A stretch of 64,000 bases of DNA from a virus (IMGVR_UViG_3300013426_000035:1329-65328), one strand, 5' to 3'. Positions 1 through 9,639 are shown, counted from the first letter of the stretch. The notes: generated by a model not told the origin, from the sequence alone. Numbers and translations: made by a program.

Positions 1-19
1 AAAAAGGAGCGGAATTAAA

Positions 20-223
20 ATGGAAGAAAGCCTGAAAGAGTGGGCAAGACGCTATTTACGCGTCAGGCGCAATTTGAAACGTCTGACAGATTGCCTTGAA
101 ATACTGTTGCTTGACAGAGGCGATGGCGAAGACGTGGAAGATGACATAGAGGCGGCAAGAGAGGAAATCGCCGCCCCCACAAACGAGCTGAACAGGCTTG
201 AAGAGCAAAGGAGCCAAAAATGA
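20..223 (+). CDS. hypothetical protein (coiled-coil)
   Basis: AAGGAG SD upstream; ATGA overlap with next ORF. Confidence 0.6.
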   Translation: MEESLKEWARRYLRVRRNLKRLTDCLEILLLDRGDGEDVEDDIEAAREEIAAPTNELNRLEEQRSQK

Positions 224-597
224 AAACGCGTGAAGAACCATTTGAAAGGCAGTGCCCTTATTGTGACAAGGGTATGCGCGAGCGCCCCGCCAAAAACTGG
301 ATAAGTGACGATTACATTGTCCGGACATTTGAATGTCAGGCGTGCGGCGGTTATGTACATGTTTCCTGTCCAAGACCAGTTTACAAGCCTCTTGAGGAGC
401 TGAAAGCCAAGCGGGGTGAAATTGCTCTGAAACTAAATGCTCTGGAAGACGAGTTTTGCAAGCTAAGTGATCTCACGATGGTACCAACAAAAGAAGTGGA
501 CATCGTGGGAGAACGCATTATTAAGCTCCATAAAGAGCTTAACAAAATCAACAAGAAAATCAACAAGGTCCGCAGAGAGCGGAACGAAAACGAATAA
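220..597 (+). CDS. Zn-ribbon (CPYC...CQAC) plus coiled-coil hypothetical protein
   Basis: Two CxxC pairs; operon-packed. Confidence 0.6.
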   Translation: MKTREEPFERQCPYCDKGMRERPAKNWISDDYIVRTFECQACGGYVHVSCPRPVYKPLEELKAKRGEIALKLNALEDEFCKLSDLTMVPTKEVDIVGERIIKLHKELNKINKKINKVRRERNENE

Positions 598-612
598 AAA
601 CGGAGGAACAAA

Positions 613-1620
613 ATGCTTGTATACGAAACAATTCTGAAGGACGGAAAAGGTAATTATTACCTGAATGTGAACAACGACACAAAACATGACAACGGCGCGT
701 ATCGAATCGTGCAAAACGGCGCTTGCGTCCATATCTCAAGCCTAAAGCAGGATGTAACGCCTGATATGGTGGAACTGGAAGATGTGGTGGAGCTCAACGA
801 TAATATCAAACTTGTACCTTACAAAAAACGTCTTCGCGGGGTCCGTTCCATGAAAAAATCAGACAACTGTTTTTACTACAAAGACAAACTCGTAAACCAG
901 TTTGAAACGTATGTTGTTGCACTCGAAAAAAGGCTTGATATTGGAGCGTATTTTTTCGAATCAGCAGAGCTTTTTGTGTCGTACACATCGCTGGAGAACG
1001 CGGTGAAGGAAGAATACTTGTACGACGATATACCTGATTACGATTTTGCCATTGTCGAGTATTGGGGTGTAGTTTTAAAAAGAAACGAACGTTGGGAAGC
1101 GTCAACCGCAATCGAGTTTGTTAAAAAACTGGATTTTAGGGAGGTTGCTTCTAAATTTTGGGCAATCAAAGGAGAAAATAACTTGGATTGCTTTTTTATG
1201 AAAGGCGACAACAGTAAAGATTGTTGCTATTGTGCCGATATACACAGTTGCGACAGTTGCGAGAATTTGAGCTATTCGGTCGGTTGCGTTGATTGCGATT
1301 ACGGAAGCCAAGTCTTTTTTAGCAAGGGTTGTAAATACTGCTCTGATGTTGACTTTTGCTTTGATGTGGAATTTAGCCGACGTTGCATGTGCTGTTGGAA
1401 AATAAATCACGCAAGTGGCTTGCTTTTCAACAAAAAACGTGGATTGGAAGAGAAGGAAATGTGGATGGACTATTTGAGAGACAAAATCAAAAATTTCAAC
1501 GACCTCTATCACGCGCTCGAATACAACAAAATTCGGCACCTGCTCCGGAAGCCCGGCGCAACGGTGACGGCAAAAGAGGTCGCAGAATTTCGCAAGTATC
1601 TGCTTGATGAGGTTTTGTAA
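613..1620 (+). CDS. hypothetical protein with Cys-rich short-repeat domain
   Basis: GGAGG SD; periodic Cys in CCYCADIHSCDSCENLSYSVGCVDCD...CKYCSDVDFCFD...CMCC. Confidence 0.65.
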   Translation: MLVYETILKDGKGNYYLNVNNDTKHDNGAYRIVQNGACVHISSLKQDVTPDMVELEDVVELNDNIKLVPYKKRLRGVRSMKKSDNCFYYKDKLVNQFETYVVALEKRLDIGAYFFESAELFVSYTSLENAVKEEYLYDDIPDYDFAIVEYWGVVLKRNERWEASTAIEFVKKLDFREVASKFWAIKGENNLDCFFMKGDNSKDCCYCADIHSCDSCENLSYSVGCVDCDYGSQVFFSKGCKYCSDVDFCFDVEFSRRCMCCWKINHASGLLFNKKRGLEEKEMWMDYLRDKIKNFNDLYHALEYNKIRHLLRKPGATVTAKEVAEFRKYLLDEVL

Positions 1621-1629
1621 TACAGAGCA

Positions 1630-1720
1630 TAACACCTGTAGTACAAAACCGCAAAATTGTAACACTTGTAACACGCGCCGCGCTAAAAAGTCTAACACGC
1701 ACGGCGCAAAATCATAACAC
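1630..1720. repeat. five TAACAC direct repeats in intergenic spacer
   Basis: Copies at 1630, 1660, 1669, 1693, 1715. Confidence 0.6.
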
Positions 1721-1734
1721 GGAGGATAAACAAA

Positions 1735-2070
1735 ATGGACAAGACTAGCCAAGAAAACACAAGCAAGGTTATCGACCAGTTGTTTGACGAGATAAAAAGG
1801 CTTGAAGCTGAGAAAAAAGATCTTGAAAAGGCTGTAAAATACGAGAAGGGTTGGAGCCGTGAATTAAGCGACACTCTGATTAGATATAAAGCGCACGAAG
1901 ATTATCTTTTGCACGTTTTTGATCAGATGTTGAAGCGGACAACGAAAATTATGGACATTGGCGGGGATAACGCCCTGGGTTTTAGCACGCAGTGCTTTGC
2001 GCTCGTAAGTGAGGTACATAAATATCTTACTGCTGTTTACAACGAGGGAAGCAACACATTAAACCTTTGA
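1735..2070 (+). CDS. hypothetical protein
   Basis: GGAGG SD; 111 aa ORF. Confidence 0.6.
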   Translation: MDKTSQENTSKVIDQLFDEIKRLEAEKKDLEKAVKYEKGWSRELSDTLIRYKAHEDYLLHVFDQMLKRTTKIMDIGGDNALGFSTQCFALVSEVHKYLTAVYNEGSNTLNL

Positions 2071-2078
2071 GGAACAAA

Positions 2079-2396
2079 ATGGACTGCATGACACATGACG
2101 AAGGTTGCGTTTACCTTTGGGCAATGCGCTACAGCTTTGGGAGAATGACGGCGGCGCCTGACGTAGTTTGCGAACAGATTAAACTTAAGGTCAAGCAACT
2201 GCCGACAAGCGTTTTGATGGTGATTGCAAAGGAGATTTGGGAAGCGTCCAGTATCGACAGGGAAGCGCGGAAAAGAGACGAAAACGCGCCTGTTTTGCTG
2301 GGCGGTGGCTCCATGACTGTAGCTTGGCAAAACTTGGCACTTGAAATTGAAAATGAACTCCGCATAAGAGTGAAAACAGGAGGAAACACAAAATGA
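2079..2396 (+). CDS. hypothetical protein (WAMRYSFGRMT motif)
   Basis: GAGGA SD before ATG 2079. Confidence 0.6.
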   Translation: MDCMTHDEGCVYLWAMRYSFGRMTAAPDVVCEQIKLKVKQLPTSVLMVIAKEIWEASSIDREARKRDENAPVLLGGGSMTVAWQNLALEIENELRIRVKTGGNTK

Positions 2397-2716
2397 ACAA
2401 AACGGAATTTACGCCCGGGCCGTACAATGCGGTCATAGAAGACCATCCGATGTGTGATACAGGAGAGTATTACACATCGTTTTGCATCGAAGCGGAGAAC
2501 GAAGGTAAAAAAAGAACTTTAGCTCAAGTATTCGCTTTTCGCGACAATTATGATGAGGCAGAAGCAACCACACATTTGCTCGCCGCCGCACCGGACATGT
2601 ACGCTCTGCTGGATATGATACAGACCTTTCTTACAGTTGCGGGCGATGAAAACACGCGAATCGCTTTTTTAACTCAAATCCGGAAGGTTCTGGCAAAAGC
2701 GCGAGGTGAAAAATGA
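2393..2716 (+). CDS. phage hypothetical protein (TPGP[WY]...LLAAAPDM family)
   Basis: N-terminal FTPGPY and LLAAAPDMYALL motifs common in small phage proteins. Confidence 0.65.
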   Translation: MNKTEFTPGPYNAVIEDHPMCDTGEYYTSFCIEAENEGKKRTLAQVFAFRDNYDEAEATTHLLAAAPDMYALLDMIQTFLTVAGDENTRIAFLTQIRKVLAKARGEK

Positions 2717-3060
2717 CGATTTACGCGATTGACTTTGACGGCACGATTGTAACAGAGGAATACCCGGCAATCGGGAAGCCAATTCCGGCTACAATTGAGT
2801 TTATCCGCGCTATTCAGAAGCGTGGCGACAAGTGGATTCTCCTCACCATGCGCGAGGGGAAAAGCCTTAGGGAGGCGCTCACGTTTTTAGTGCTCCGGAA
2901 GTGCTTTCCGGCGGCGATAAACGACAATCTGCCAGAACGCGTCGAACAGTGGGGAAACAATCCACGCAAGGTTTACGCGGATATCTACATCGACGACCAT
3001 AACGCGGGCGGGCTGGTGATTCCGGAACTGGAAGAAAACAAGGAGGAAGAGGAAAAATGA
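2713..3060 (+). CDS. small HAD-superfamily phosphatase (BT0820-like)
   Basis: IYAIDFDGTI motif I; RKVYADIYIDDHN motif. Confidence 0.8.
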   Translation: MTIYAIDFDGTIVTEEYPAIGKPIPATIEFIRAIQKRGDKWILLTMREGKSLREALTFLVLRKCFPAAINDNLPERVEQWGNNPRKVYADIYIDDHNAGGLVIPELEENKEEEEK

Positions 3061-3254
3061 ACCTGAAAATTAGAACTTGGAGATGTCCAGAGTGCAACAA
3101 CTTTGCTTACCCGAACTGGTGTAAAGCAAAAGAAATTAAAGTTGACCGCTATTTTGACGGAGAGTGTGATTTAGCAGAGCCGCTTGTCGAAAAAAGAACG
3201 GTTTATTTGGGCAAAACGGACAAAAGCAAGACTGGGAAGGAAGCTGAAAAATGA
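3057..3254 (+). CDS. hypothetical protein
   Basis: ATGA overlaps at both ends; CPEC. Confidence 0.5.
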   Translation: MNLKIRTWRCPECNNFAYPNWCKAKEIKVDRYFDGECDLAEPLVEKRTVYLGKTDKSKTGKEAEK

Positions 3255-3685
3255 CCCTGAAAACCTTTTTTAAGGACCCACTGACAGACGTTTTGCTTGC
3301 GATTCAGGCGTTTTTAGCAGGAATCGCGATTGCGAGAGCGGAACCCGCAGGAATCGTGGTTACAGTCTTTGGGTTGGTGATTATCGCGTATTTGCGGTTG
3401 GTTGACATGCGGATGAAGTGGATGTTTGACATGGTAGACAAGTCGCTGAAAGCAGAAAAAGACGCGTTTGACCGGAACGAAAAAACGCTTGAAATGCTGA
3501 AGACTTGCAACGCCACGCTTTCGCGGTATCGCGACTTGCTGACGATGTTTAGGGAGGGACTTATCATTGGCATGGCAAGCGCTGATGACGAGACCGCAAA
3601 AAGCTACAGGGCGTGGGTTGAGGCAATCGACCGAGCGCTGAAGGACGAACTCAAAAACTTTAATTCTGTTGCCAAGAATCATTAA
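3251..3685 (+). CDS. membrane protein (two N-terminal TM helices)
   Basis: Hydrophobic segments at about aa 13-50. Confidence 0.6.
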   Translation: MTLKTFFKDPLTDVLLAIQAFLAGIAIARAEPAGIVVTVFGLVIIAYLRLVDMRMKWMFDMVDKSLKAEKDAFDRNEKTLEMLKTCNATLSRYRDLLTMFREGLIIGMASADDETAKSYRAWVEAIDRALKDELKNFNSVAKNH

Positions 3686-3745
3686 AGAAAATCGCGAAAA
3701 ATTTTAATGACAAATCGCGTCATTAAAGAAAATCGCGGAAAATTT
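3680..3745. repeat. 25-bp direct repeat pair enclosing TTAATGAC-N7-GTCATTAA inverted repeat
   Basis: 3680-3704 and 3721-3745 are 24/25 identical; inverted repeat 3704-3726. Confidence 0.7.
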
Positions 3746-3761
3746 ATAAGGAGAAAAAATC

Positions 3762-4145
3762 ATGGCTGACGCTGTGAACCATCCGGCGCATTACGCGCCA
3801 ATCTTTGAGGCAAGACAGATAGAGTGTCTTGACATCGCGCGCTATCTCGACTTTTGCAGGGGCAATGCATTTAAGTACGTTTGGAGGGCTGGACTTAAGG
3901 GAGAACCGGGAAAGGCGATTGAAGATTGCGAAAAAGCGAAGTTTTATATGGATCGCACGCTTGACCCGGAAATGAACTTGTCCGCTATCGCAATGTTTAG
4001 AGTATTGGGGATTCCAGATGAAAAAACCTCAATCGAACGTATCAAATACAACGTTTTGCGGGAAATTTTGACTATGGACAGATTCTCCGCAATTGACGCA
4101 ATCAACACACTCGAAAACGCATTCAGAAAGGAGCTCTCAAAATGA
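3762..4145 (+). CDS. DUF3310 (SaV-like) domain protein
   Basis: DAVNHPAHY...IECLD...FCRGNAFKYVWRAG.K motif. Confidence 0.85.
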   Translation: MADAVNHPAHYAPIFEARQIECLDIARYLDFCRGNAFKYVWRAGLKGEPGKAIEDCEKAKFYMDRTLDPEMNLSAIAMFRVLGIPDEKTSIERIKYNVLREILTMDRFSAIDAINTLENAFRKELSK

Positions 4146-4915
4146 GAATCATTGAACCGTCCGTCGAAATCTACACCGAATACGACCACTACAAAAAAAT
4201 CGAAACAGTCGCCCGCGTTTGCACGGGAACGCAAGACAAAGTCGGAAGCAAGCCGGGCTTTGTTGAAAACCTATGGAAGAATCACCATGAAACGCCGTTC
4301 GAGCATGTGAGAGTAGCGGCGGACTGGGACATTCTGCGTCTTTGGGTTAAATCTTACGGTATTTGGGATCGAATTGGAACAACCGGGGATTTGGAAAAAC
4401 GCCTCACAATCAATGTCCGCGATTATCTTACATTAGGTGGGAAACTCAAAGACTTGGAAGAATTGCCGGAAGCTGACGATTACATGACTGTAAAATTTAC
4501 TGTTGACATCGGCGTTTCACGCGAGCTTATCCGGCACCGACAGTTCAGCTTCCAAGAAAGATCAACGCGGTATTGCAACATGTCCGACTGTATCGACTTT
4601 ATCAAGCCCGTTCCGTTCGCATGGGATGAATTCGGTGTTTTGAGCGACGCGTGGCATATGGAGTGCGTCTCAGCGGAAGCCGCGTATCGCCTGATGATTC
4701 GCAAGGGAGCCCGTCCGCAGGAAGCCCGAACCGTCCTTCCGCTCTCAACTGCGACAGTGTTGTATGTCACCGGGATGTACAAGCAGTGGGAAGATATGCT
4801 CAAGCTCCGTCTCGCGCCCGGCGCACATCCGCAAATGCGCTACATCATGGAAAAGCTCGTTGAGCTTGAAGACTTTCCAAAAGACAAAATCAAAGTTCCG
4901 GAGGTGGAAAAATGA
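4142..4915 (+). CDS. thyX: FAD-dependent thymidylate synthase
   Basis: SRELIRHRQFSFQERSTRY signature; H.TPFEH; QEARTVLP. Confidence 0.92.
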   Translation: MRIIEPSVEIYTEYDHYKKIETVARVCTGTQDKVGSKPGFVENLWKNHHETPFEHVRVAADWDILRLWVKSYGIWDRIGTTGDLEKRLTINVRDYLTLGGKLKDLEELPEADDYMTVKFTVDIGVSRELIRHRQFSFQERSTRYCNMSDCIDFIKPVPFAWDEFGVLSDAWHMECVSAEAAYRLMIRKGARPQEARTVLPLSTATVLYVTGMYKQWEDMLKLRLAPGAHPQMRYIMEKLVELEDFPKDKIKVPEVEK

Positions 4916-5235
4916 CTGAACAGGAAAAACGAGAACGCAACAAGCCCAGCATTGAATCGGGGCTTCCAACTTGGGATGAAATACAACAGATTATTGCCGG
5001 GGTAAAAGGGGTAAAAGGTGTAAAAGAGCCAGAGTCGAGCGAGTTTGAGGAGATTTTCCACTGCGCCTTGAACGACATTTTGCGAGTGTGTGTACATGCT
5101 CCGCAGTCGGAAGAGATAAGGGAAATTGAGCATATCGGATCGCAAGCCCTTACACTTTATTTGGATACCATCGAAAAAACCAAATATCGGAATTTTAAGG
5201 ACATGTATTTCCACGAAAAGGAGGCGGGAAAATGA
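4912..5235 (+). CDS. hypothetical protein
   Basis: GGAGG SD; ATGA overlaps. Confidence 0.55.
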   Translation: MTEQEKRERNKPSIESGLPTWDEIQQIIAGVKGVKGVKEPESSEFEEIFHCALNDILRVCVHAPQSEEIREIEHIGSQALTLYLDTIEKTKYRNFKDMYFHEKEAGK

Positions 5236-5504
5236 GAAACCTCGTTTACGAATCTGAGTACAACAGGGGAGCTCGTGACATGGCGCTTGCTATAATCCAG
5301 CACCTGAAAAAAAACGGTGGCAGGATTTTAGAACAAACACCCAAAAAAAACATGTTACAGTTTCTAAGCCTGCTTGAAACGTGGGTCGGAAGAGGCTTTA
5401 ACGCGTCGGAACTGTGTAGATACGGTAACAACGGCTTAAGCTTTGAAATTGAGAGCAAAAACGGAAACTACACAGGCATAAAACTTGAGAAAAACGGAGA
5501 TTAA
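5232..5504 (+). CDS. hypothetical protein
   Basis: ATGA overlap; operon context. Confidence 0.55.
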   Translation: MRNLVYESEYNRGARDMALAIIQHLKKNGGRILEQTPKKNMLQFLSLLETWVGRGFNASELCRYGNNGLSFEIESKNGNYTGIKLEKNGD

Positions 5505-5506
5505 AA

Positions 5507-6121
5507 ATGACCCCCGAAAAAGTCCGTTGCATTGGCTGTAACAACATGGTCGATGCAAGAGCAGTCACCAATATTGCAACCAAAGACAAACCGTTCAAGG
5601 TGTGCCCTCAATGCGCGTTTATCGCGGGCATGTACGTTGTAGTACAAGGCAGGGAAGACAAAGCGTTTGAACCCGGAGCGTTTGACTTGTCCAGAATTGC
5701 CGCGCCAATACGGAAAATCGTCAAGGAGGAGTATCTTAAAGACCCCGTCGGCACTACAGAAAAGTACATGGGCAAGGCGCTTGACGAAGAGCAGGAACGC
5801 AAAAAAGCAGAACGCAAGGCAAAACGCGAAGCCAAGAAGCGCGAAAAAGAGGAAGCGGAGCGCAAGGCAAAAGAAATCGCGGACGGAATTTTTCACGTTC
5901 CACACGCGCTGTATAAAAAGATACAGCTGAAAAACCGTCGGATCGTCCTTTTGCCGCTCGAATACAAGCCATTTAACGCCCGAAAAGGCAAGGTTTTGAC
6001 AATTGTTTCCGATAACGGAAATGTCGCAAAACGCATAATCCGGCGTGCAAAGACAATACGCAATCAGGGAGAGCGCGTAATCGCCTGTATCCTTGAAGAA
6101 AAGTCCGCAAAAATCGCTTGA
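5507..6121 (+). CDS. hypothetical protein with CxxC pairs and charged coiled coil
   Basis: CIGC...CPQC; GGAG SD. Confidence 0.6.
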   Translation: MTPEKVRCIGCNNMVDARAVTNIATKDKPFKVCPQCAFIAGMYVVVQGREDKAFEPGAFDLSRIAAPIRKIVKEEYLKDPVGTTEKYMGKALDEEQERKKAERKAKREAKKREKEEAERKAKEIADGIFHVPHALYKKIQLKNRRIVLLPLEYKPFNARKGKVLTIVSDNGNVAKRIIRRAKTIRNQGERVIACILEEKSAKIA

Positions 6122-6156
6122 ATATTAGCAAAAACACAAAGAAAGGTTATATTACC

Positions 6157-6588
6157 ATGGCAAGCATGAAAATCAAGTTTAAGAAACTCACACCCGAAGC
6201 GCAAGCTCCGAAGCAAGGCAAGTCCGGCGATGCTGGATTTGACCTTACAGCCACCAGAGTTGAACGCCTTGACAGTATCAGAGTTAAGGCGTATTCCGGT
6301 ATTGCCGTCGAAATCCCCGAAGGATTCGAAGGACAGCTTAGAGCACGTTCCAGTATCCACAAATCCGACGCAATATTGTCCAATGGTGTTGGTACGATTG
6401 ACTCCGGGTATCGCGGCGAAATTTGCGCGGTATTTTATCATTGCGGACCTGATTTGCCTTACGAAGCAGGGGACAGATTCGCGCAACTTGTCATAAAACC
6501 AGTGCCGCGCGTCGAATATGTAGAGGCTGACGAACTATCCGAATCGGAACGCGGCGCGGGCGGTTATGGTTCCACGGGCAAAAATTGA
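6157..6588 (+). CDS. dut: dUTP diphosphatase (trimeric)
   Basis: AGFDL, RSS, GTIDSGYRGEI, RFAQL and RGAGGYGSTG motifs 1-5. Confidence 0.95.
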   Translation: MASMKIKFKKLTPEAQAPKQGKSGDAGFDLTATRVERLDSIRVKAYSGIAVEIPEGFEGQLRARSSIHKSDAILSNGVGTIDSGYRGEICAVFYHCGPDLPYEAGDRFAQLVIKPVPRVEYVEADELSESERGAGGYGSTGKN

Positions 6589-6635
6589 ACTGAAACGAAC
6601 TGAAAAAACAGAAAAATACGGAGGCTTTGAAAAGC

Positions 6636-7241
6636 ATGGATTACAACAAGGTTATTTTGATCGGTCGCTTGACCCGAAAACCCGAAATGCGCCACACACC
6701 GAGCGGAATGGCTGTTACCGAAATGTGCATGGCTGTAAACCGGAGGATTGGTAAGGATGATAAACAAGAGGCAACCTACATTGATGTAAAAACGTGGGGG
6801 AAAACTGCTGAATTTTGCGAGCGTTATTTTGACAAGGGAGCGGCGATCCTTGTTGAAGGGCGTTTGACGCAGGAAAAATGGACAGACAAGCAGGGACAAA
6901 ACCGCTCCGCGCTCAAGGTTACAGCTGAAACAGTCGCTTTTGCGGAAAGCAAGGGCAACAGCGATAACCGCAATAGCGGAGGAAATCAGCAGGGAAATTA
7001 TCGCGGCGGCGGTAACAACTACAATGGCGGCGGCTACAATGCACAAAACAACGCAGGAAACGTGCCTAGAAGCAACGAAAGCAATGGATCGCGTCAATCT
7101 TACAGGCAAGCGCCAAACAACGCGTATAACGCGCCGCAAAACGCAAATAACGGCGAACATCGTTACAGCCCTGAAGACGAACCGCAAGCCGCCGCTCCGG
7201 CTCAGATGCAAACAGAAATGAACGATGATATTCCGTTCTAA
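6636..7241 (+). CDS. ssb: single-stranded DNA-binding protein
   Basis: NKVILIGRLT...PEMR OB-fold start; C-terminal DDIPF tail. Confidence 0.95.
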   Translation: MDYNKVILIGRLTRKPEMRHTPSGMAVTEMCMAVNRRIGKDDKQEATYIDVKTWGKTAEFCERYFDKGAAILVEGRLTQEKWTDKQGQNRSALKVTAETVAFAESKGNSDNRNSGGNQQGNYRGGGNNYNGGGYNAQNNAGNVPRSNESNGSRQSYRQAPNNAYNAPQNANNGEHRYSPEDEPQAAAPAQMQTEMNDDIPF

Positions 7242-7271
7242 CTCAAAAAAACGTGAGGATTTAAAAAGAGG

Positions 7272-7305
7272 CTCCCTCAGGGTAAAGGAATAACCCCTGA
7301 GGGAG
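7272..7305. terminator. 11-bp GC-rich hairpin, probable terminator
   Basis: CTCCCTCAGGG / CCCTGAGGGAG with A-rich flanks. Confidence 0.55.
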
Positions 7306-7420
7306 AGAAGAAAAAGAAAGGAAACCGAACAGAACCGAACCCCAAACAAACAGTTCACACAATCTCCAAAGCGTACCATATCAAGTGTCTTCGAAAAGTC
7401 AAACGCAGAGGAGAAACAAA

Positions 7421-8095
7421 ATGCAAAAAAAGTGCAAAAAAAACGATTTGTTCAGCGTCTCCAATGAAAACCATAGCCCCGACTGCTGGGGAAAGTATGA
7501 ACAATCACAAAAATGCCCCGCTTGCGAGTTTAAGCGAAGTTGCTATTTTTCGAAGAAAAACTCAATGGAACAAGAAAAAAAGGATAACGAATTTGCAGGA
7601 TATCGCGAATTTGATGACGCGCGAAAAGTGACTGTAATATCCTCCGAAAAACGCACGTTTAAGCTCCCCGACGGGCGTATAATCGAACCATCAGAAATTA
7701 ACCTCGCCTGTATCATTTGGGCGCTCCAGTTTGGAAGCGAAAACAGGGAGGCGGCTATTGCTCTTGCTCTCAAGCTTTCAGGCGCAAAAAGCATTACAGA
7801 CATTGCGCGTGCAACCGGGCGCTCCAAACAGGCAGAGCACAAAAATATTGCGCGTGAATTAGGCGTTGGGCAGAAAAAAGCGTCAGATTCAAAGTTGCTG
7901 AAGCTCACACCGCGAGAATTCGCAGTGTATAAGCTGAAATTAAAGGGATTTAGTGTAAGAAAAATCGGAGAAAAACTTGGTTTGCACAAAACGGAAGTTA
8001 TGAGATGTGTACAAAAAATGAGTTTAAAAAACGTCAAATTGTGTACACCAGTCCTGTCACGAAACAAAAAAAGATCAAAAAAAAATCGGGCGTGA
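7421..8095 (+). CDS. transcriptional regulator with C-terminal LuxR/sigma4-like HTH; candidate late activator
   Basis: LTPREFAVYKLKLKGFSVRKIGEKLGL; GAGGAG SD; last gene of the early operon. Confidence 0.6.
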   Translation: MQKKCKKNDLFSVSNENHSPDCWGKYEQSQKCPACEFKRSCYFSKKNSMEQEKKDNEFAGYREFDDARKVTVISSEKRTFKLPDGRIIEPSEINLACIIWALQFGSENREAAIALALKLSGAKSITDIARATGRSKQAEHKNIARELGVGQKKASDSKLLKLTPREFAVYKLKLKGFSVRKIGEKLGLHKTEVMRCVQKMSLKNVKLCTPVLSRNKKRSKKNRA

Positions 8096-8106
8096 AATAG
8101 GCTATG

Positions 8107-8137
8107 GGTTGACAAGAAACCTTTGGGCAAGTAGATT
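8107..8137 (+). promoter_or_regulatory. promoter TTGACA-N17-TAGATT; GGTTGACAA motif copy
   Basis: Direct reading of 8107-8137. Confidence 0.7.
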
Positions 8138-8163
8138 AACTCAAAAAAAACAGGAGATTGAAA

Positions 8164-8505
8164 ATGGGTGGAAGAGGTGCTAGTAGCAGTAAAAGCGTTG
8201 CCCCGGAAGAATTCGGGCGCGTCTGGGAAAAATACGGGAAGAAAAGACTTTATTTGGACGAGAACAAGGTTATGAAAGAAATGGGCTTTGAACTCGATTT
8301 TTACAAAGGTGGCGGCATTTCTTCTGCTAAACTGAACGGCGAGAAAATATCTAATAACAAGGCTTCTAAAATTAGAGGAGATTTGTCAAATAGTTATATA
8401 GACTTCCAGACAGGTCTTATTCATTCAAACTATGGGTTAACAGAGGATGAATTGGCGGCAGTAAGGAGAATCCGAAAAAAAATTAATGTGGCTGTCAAAA
8501 AATAA
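8164..8505 (+). CDS. hypothetical protein with N-terminal MGGRG motif
   Basis: MGGRGASS start; AGGAG SD; adjacent to DUF4417 gene. Confidence 0.7.
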   Translation: MGGRGASSSKSVAPEEFGRVWEKYGKKRLYLDENKVMKEMGFELDFYKGGGISSAKLNGEKISNNKASKIRGDLSNSYIDFQTGLIHSNYGLTEDELAAVRRIRKKINVAVKK

Positions 8506-8525
8506 GCGAGAGGGACAAGAAGAAA

Positions 8526-9593
8526 ATGGAAGTCCAGCAAATCGAAATAGATAAAATTTTTCCGTACGAAAACAACCCTAGAAAAAATAAAAAGGCTGTT
8601 AAGTACGTTGAGAACAGTATACGCTCCTTTGGTTTCAGAAATCCGATTATATTGGATAAGGAGCATGTGATTGTTTGCGGACATACACGTTTTCTCGCCG
8701 CAAAAAATCTTGGCTATACAAAATTACCGTGCCTGATTTGTGAAGATTTGGACCCCGAAAAAGTGAAAGCGTTCCGTCTTGCAGATAATAAGGTCTCTGA
8801 GTTTTCGCAATGGGATAAAGGTATGCTTGACCTCGAAATTGAACAGCTTTGCAAACTCGGAATATCAGTCGATGATTTTGGGTTTGAATTTACACCAATG
8901 TCCATTGATGTAAAAACAGATATCCAACCCGACGACGGGTATTATGGCGATGAAAGAGAGCGTACAAATAGAGCCTATAATTTAAGCGATTTTGACCCTT
9001 TCGAATGTGAAGGCTTTTATCAAATTCCAACTCTAAAAAAATGCAATGTCGTTCCGGAGCGCTTGATTGATTTTAATAGTGTGATTGGACAGGATGATTA
9101 CAACGCCGGAGTACATTTTTTTATCGATGATTACCGATTTGAGCGGGTGTGGAACCAGCCGGAACGGTATGTTGACATATTAAAAAAGTTTAATTGTGTT
9201 TTTACTCCGGATTTCTCGCTTTATATGGACATGCCGATGGCACTAAAAATTTGGAATATTTACCGCTCTAGGCTTATTGGTCAAATCATGCAGAATGCTG
9301 GATTGAATGTAATTCCGACGGTCTCATGGGCGGAACCGGAAACATACGCGTTTTGTTTTGATGGGATCCCTAAAGGAGGCATTGTGGCAACATCGACAGT
9401 AGGAATTCTGAAAAACAAAGAAGCCAAAAAAGTGTTTTTAGCCGGAATGGCTGCCATGATTGAAAAAATAAAACCTGAAATGATACTTATGTATGGTAAG
9501 GCTGTTCCAGAGGCTTGCGAGGGGATTGAGTACAAAAGTTATGAAAATGATACGTTCGGATTAAAATTCGCGGAACGGACAAAAAAGAAATGA
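8526..9593 (+). CDS. ParB-like N-terminal domain fused to DUF4417
   Basis: YENNPRKN...GHTR..AA...AFRLADNK; GVHFFIDDYRFERVWNQP...PDFSLYMDMP. Confidence 0.85.
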   Translation: MEVQQIEIDKIFPYENNPRKNKKAVKYVENSIRSFGFRNPIILDKEHVIVCGHTRFLAAKNLGYTKLPCLICEDLDPEKVKAFRLADNKVSEFSQWDKGMLDLEIEQLCKLGISVDDFGFEFTPMSIDVKTDIQPDDGYYGDERERTNRAYNLSDFDPFECEGFYQIPTLKKCNVVPERLIDFNSVIGQDDYNAGVHFFIDDYRFERVWNQPERYVDILKKFNCVFTPDFSLYMDMPMALKIWNIYRSRLIGQIMQNAGLNVIPTVSWAEPETYAFCFDGIPKGGIVATSTVGILKNKEAKKVFLAGMAAMIEKIKPEMILMYGKAVPEACEGIEYKSYENDTFGLKFAERTKKK

Positions 9594-9599
9594 CAAATC

Positions 9600-9633
9600 G
9601 GGCGCGGAATGGTTAAAATCACCATCCGCGCCC
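9600..9633. terminator. hairpin between convergent genes
   Basis: GGGCGCGG..ATGGT / ACCAT.CCGCGCCC. Confidence 0.65.
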
Positions 9634-9639
9634 TTGCGA

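Noticed and set aside
4999-5026. GG(G/T)GTAAAA tandem repeat x3 as a regulatory element
   Set aside because: It only encodes GVKGVKGVK inside an ORF; no other support.
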